NCBI GenBank assembly: GCA_963789955.1
Contig: CAWBMV010000017.1
Location: forward strand, 1 to 64,000
Origin: an uncultured Candidatus Rokubacteria bacterium
GTDB taxonomy: Bacteria; Methylomirabilota; Methylomirabilia; Rokubacteriales; CSP1-6
Reading direction: 5' to 3'
Length of the DNA: 64,000 bases
The position numbers and the translations under genes were made by a program. Below, piece after piece: positions 62,453 through 64,000 of this stretch. Every line of letters begins with the position of its first letter. Positions within the stretch are counted from its first letter, which is position 1. Below the pieces are notes generated by a model. The model was not told where the DNA came from and searched no databases. It saw only the letters and a list, made by a program, of their open reading frames with translations.

Positions 62453-63780
62453 GCGGCCTCCTCAGGTTGGGAAGCGAGTGACCCCCGCAGACTGTGCGGC
62501 AGCACCTGGTCGATATGGACCTGCGTCAATTCGCCGACGGACGCGCGGCCCTGCCCGTCGAAGTTGACGACGCGATTGCAGCGGGTCCGGCCCGAGAGCT
62601 CCCGCGGATTCTTCTTCGAGACTCCGTCCACCAGCACGTCCATCGTCCGGCCGGCCAGCCGGCCGCTGCGCTCGGCGCCGACGCGCGTGGCGACGTCGAG
62701 GAGCCGCGAGTTGCGGCTGGCCTTCACGTCGTCGGCGACCTGGTCCGGCATCGTCGCGGCCGGCGTTCCGGGCCGGCGCGAGTAGCGGAACACGAACACG
62801 TTGTCGTAGCCGACGGTCTCCACCATCTCGAGGGTCTGCTCGAAGTCCGCCTCGGTCTCACCGGGAAAGCCGACGATCAGATCGGTCGAGAACGCCATGT
62901 CCGGCACCGCGTCGCGAATCTCCGCGACCAGCTCCAGATAGCGCTCGCGCGTGTAGCCGCGGTTCATCCGGGTGAGCACGTCGTTCGAGCCCGACTGGAG
63001 CGGCAGGTGGAAGTACTCGCACACCTTGGGAACGTCGCGCATGGCGCGGATCAGCCGGGGCGTCAGATTGTAGGGATTCGACGTCGTGAAGCGAATCCGG
63101 GCGATGTCCTCGACCTCGTCCACGCGCGCGAACAGCTCGCCGAGATCGGTCCGCGGCGTGAGGTCGCGCCCGTAGGCGTTCACGGTCTGCCCCAGGAGCG
63201 TCACCTCCCGGCACCCGTCGGCGGCGAGCCGGCGCACCTCCTCGACGATGACGTCGGGCGGATGGCTGCGCTCGCGTCCGCGCGTCTGCGGTACCACGCA
63301 GAAGGTGCAGTTCTTCTCGCACCCTTCCATCACCGTCACGAACTCCCGCAGCCGCCCGGCGGAGGGCGGACGCGCCGTGATCTTGACGAGGGGGCCCTCA
63401 CCCGTCTCGAGCACGGGCCGGCGCTCGCGGCGCACCCGATCGACGAGCTCGGCCACGCGGGCGATGGCGGGCGAGCCGAAGACCAGGTCGACCGACGGGG
63501 CGCGGCGCTGGATCGCGCTCTGATGAAGCTGCGCCATGCAGCCCATCACGCCGATGACGAGCTCGGGCTTCTGCGCCTTGAGCAGGCGAAGCTCGCCGAG
63601 CTTCGAGAACACCTTGTCCTCGGCCTTCTCGCGGATCGCGCAGGTGTTGACGAGAATCAGGTCGGCTTCGGTCTGATCGGAGGTCAGCTCCCAGCTTTGC
63701 TCCCGGAGCAAGCCGGCCACACGCTCCGAGTCGTACTCGTTCATCTGGCAGCCGTATGTGATCAGGTGGAGCTTAGCCAT
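62437..63780 (-). CDS. miaB: tRNA-i6A37 methylthiotransferase MiaB (radical SAM)
   Basis: 'ITYGCQMNEYDSE', 'LVNTCAIREKAE' (MTTase N-domain Cys), radical-SAM 'CEKNCTFCVVP', TRAM-like C-terminus. Confidence 0.85.
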   Translation of the reverse strand: MAKLHLITYGCQMNEYDSERVAGLLREQSWELTSDQTEADLILVNTCAIREKAEDKVFSKLGELRLLKAQKPELVIGVMGCMAQLHQSAIQRRAPSVDLVFGSPAIARVAELVDRVRRERRPVLETGEGPLVKITARPPSAGRLREFVTVMEGCEKNCTFCVVPQTRGRERSHPPDVIVEEVRRLAADGCREVTLLGQTVNAYGRDLTPRTDLGELFARVDEVEDIARIRFTTSNPYNLTPRLIRAMRDVPKVCEYFHLPLQSGSNDVLTRMNRGYTRERYLELVAEIRDAVPDMAFSTDLIVGFPGETEADFEQTLEMVETVGYDNVFVFRYSRRPGTPAATMPDQVADDVKASRNSRLLDVATRVGAERSGRLAGRTMDVLVDGVSKKNPRELSGRTRCNRVVNFDGQGRASVGELTQVHIDQVLPHSLRGSLASQPEEAACLSK

Positions 63781-63896
63781 GAGTGCTTGGAAAATCCCAC
63801 GTTTGCGTTGGTCCCGACCGTAGCATTCGCGGTCGGGCAAGTCAAACGAGAGCGGTCAAAGTGACCGCCGGCCGGGCCACTTGCCGGACAGGAATC

Positions 63897-63924
63897 TTGA
63901 CTGATCAAGTTTATTTGATATATT
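63897..63924 (+). promoter_or_regulatory. sigma-70 promoter (TTGACT-16 nt-TATATT) driving a leaderless or near-leaderless ArsR-like gene
   Basis: AT-rich island 'cTTGACTgatcaagtttatttgaTATATTtcggactgcGTG'. GTG about 10 nt after the -10 element. Confidence 0.45.
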
Positions 63925-63933
63925 TCGGACTGC

Positions 63934-64000
63934 GTGAAGACCGGGGAGAGCGTCAGTCGCCGCTTCCATGCCCTGGCCGATGAGACCCGCCTGAAGATCA
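63934..64000 (+). CDS. ArsR/SmtB-family transcriptional regulator, 5-prime fragment (continues beyond the window)
   Basis: 'VKTGESVSRRFHALADETRLKI' matches the ArsR N-terminal helix (xxxALaDpTRLrIL). Confidence 0.4.
   Translation, partial: MKTGESVSRRFHALADETRLKI

Overview
This is a 64-kb window of high-GC (about 70%) bacterial chromosome; the taxon is not determinable from sequence alone. It is densely coding. There are no rRNA or tRNA genes and no CRISPR arrays.

Content:
- Catabolic and redox enzymes: an M16 peptidase pair, an HtrA-type protease, amidohydrolases, an amidase, LLM flavin oxidoreductases, an HpaB-family monooxygenase, a PaaA-like diiron oxygenase with PaaK ligase, an aldehyde dehydrogenase (ALDH), a thiamine-pyrophosphate (TPP) enzyme and a D-aminoacylase.
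- Transport: one sugar ABC transporter, a family-5 substrate-binding protein (SBP) and an MFS transporter.
- Signalling: an intact hybrid histidine kinase, a receiver-less sigma-54 activator and a CHASE2 sensor.
- Mobile elements: a degenerate IS5/IS427-like element at the 5-prime end and a DDE (rve-type) IS at 6.4-7.7 kb.
- Housekeeping genes at the 3-prime end: miaB, a DUF151 nuclease, a GT4 glycosyltransferase, tag and OsmC.

Most unusual items:
1. A roughly 895-aa patatin-like phospholipase whose Ser (GGGxR / GxSxG) and Asp (DGG) catalytic motifs are separated by a roughly 550-aa polytopic membrane insert. It is translationally coupled to a small upstream ORF. It lies beside a perfect 41-bp inverted repeat (80-bp spacer, G-quadruplex-prone) and a small low-GC ORF.
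2. A minus-strand operon of a small protein, a metallophosphoesterase and lipoprotein/SPFH modules with no stop codons between the modules.
3. A small secreted protein overlapping the start of the sigma-54 activator.
4. A textbook sigma-54 promoter in front of a type IV pilin-like gene that also has its own intrinsic terminator.
5. A striking concentration of mostly +1 frameshifts in particular genes. These are the PQQ quinohemoprotein ADH, the family-5 SBP, NDH-2, M48 peptidase, a DUF2235 lipase, CHASE2, ALDH, PaaK, an LLM oxidoreductase and the IS elements. Long neighbouring genes are intact. This is either single-base insertion sequencing error or a set of genuine pseudogenes.

Coordinates derived by hand may be off by one or two bases.
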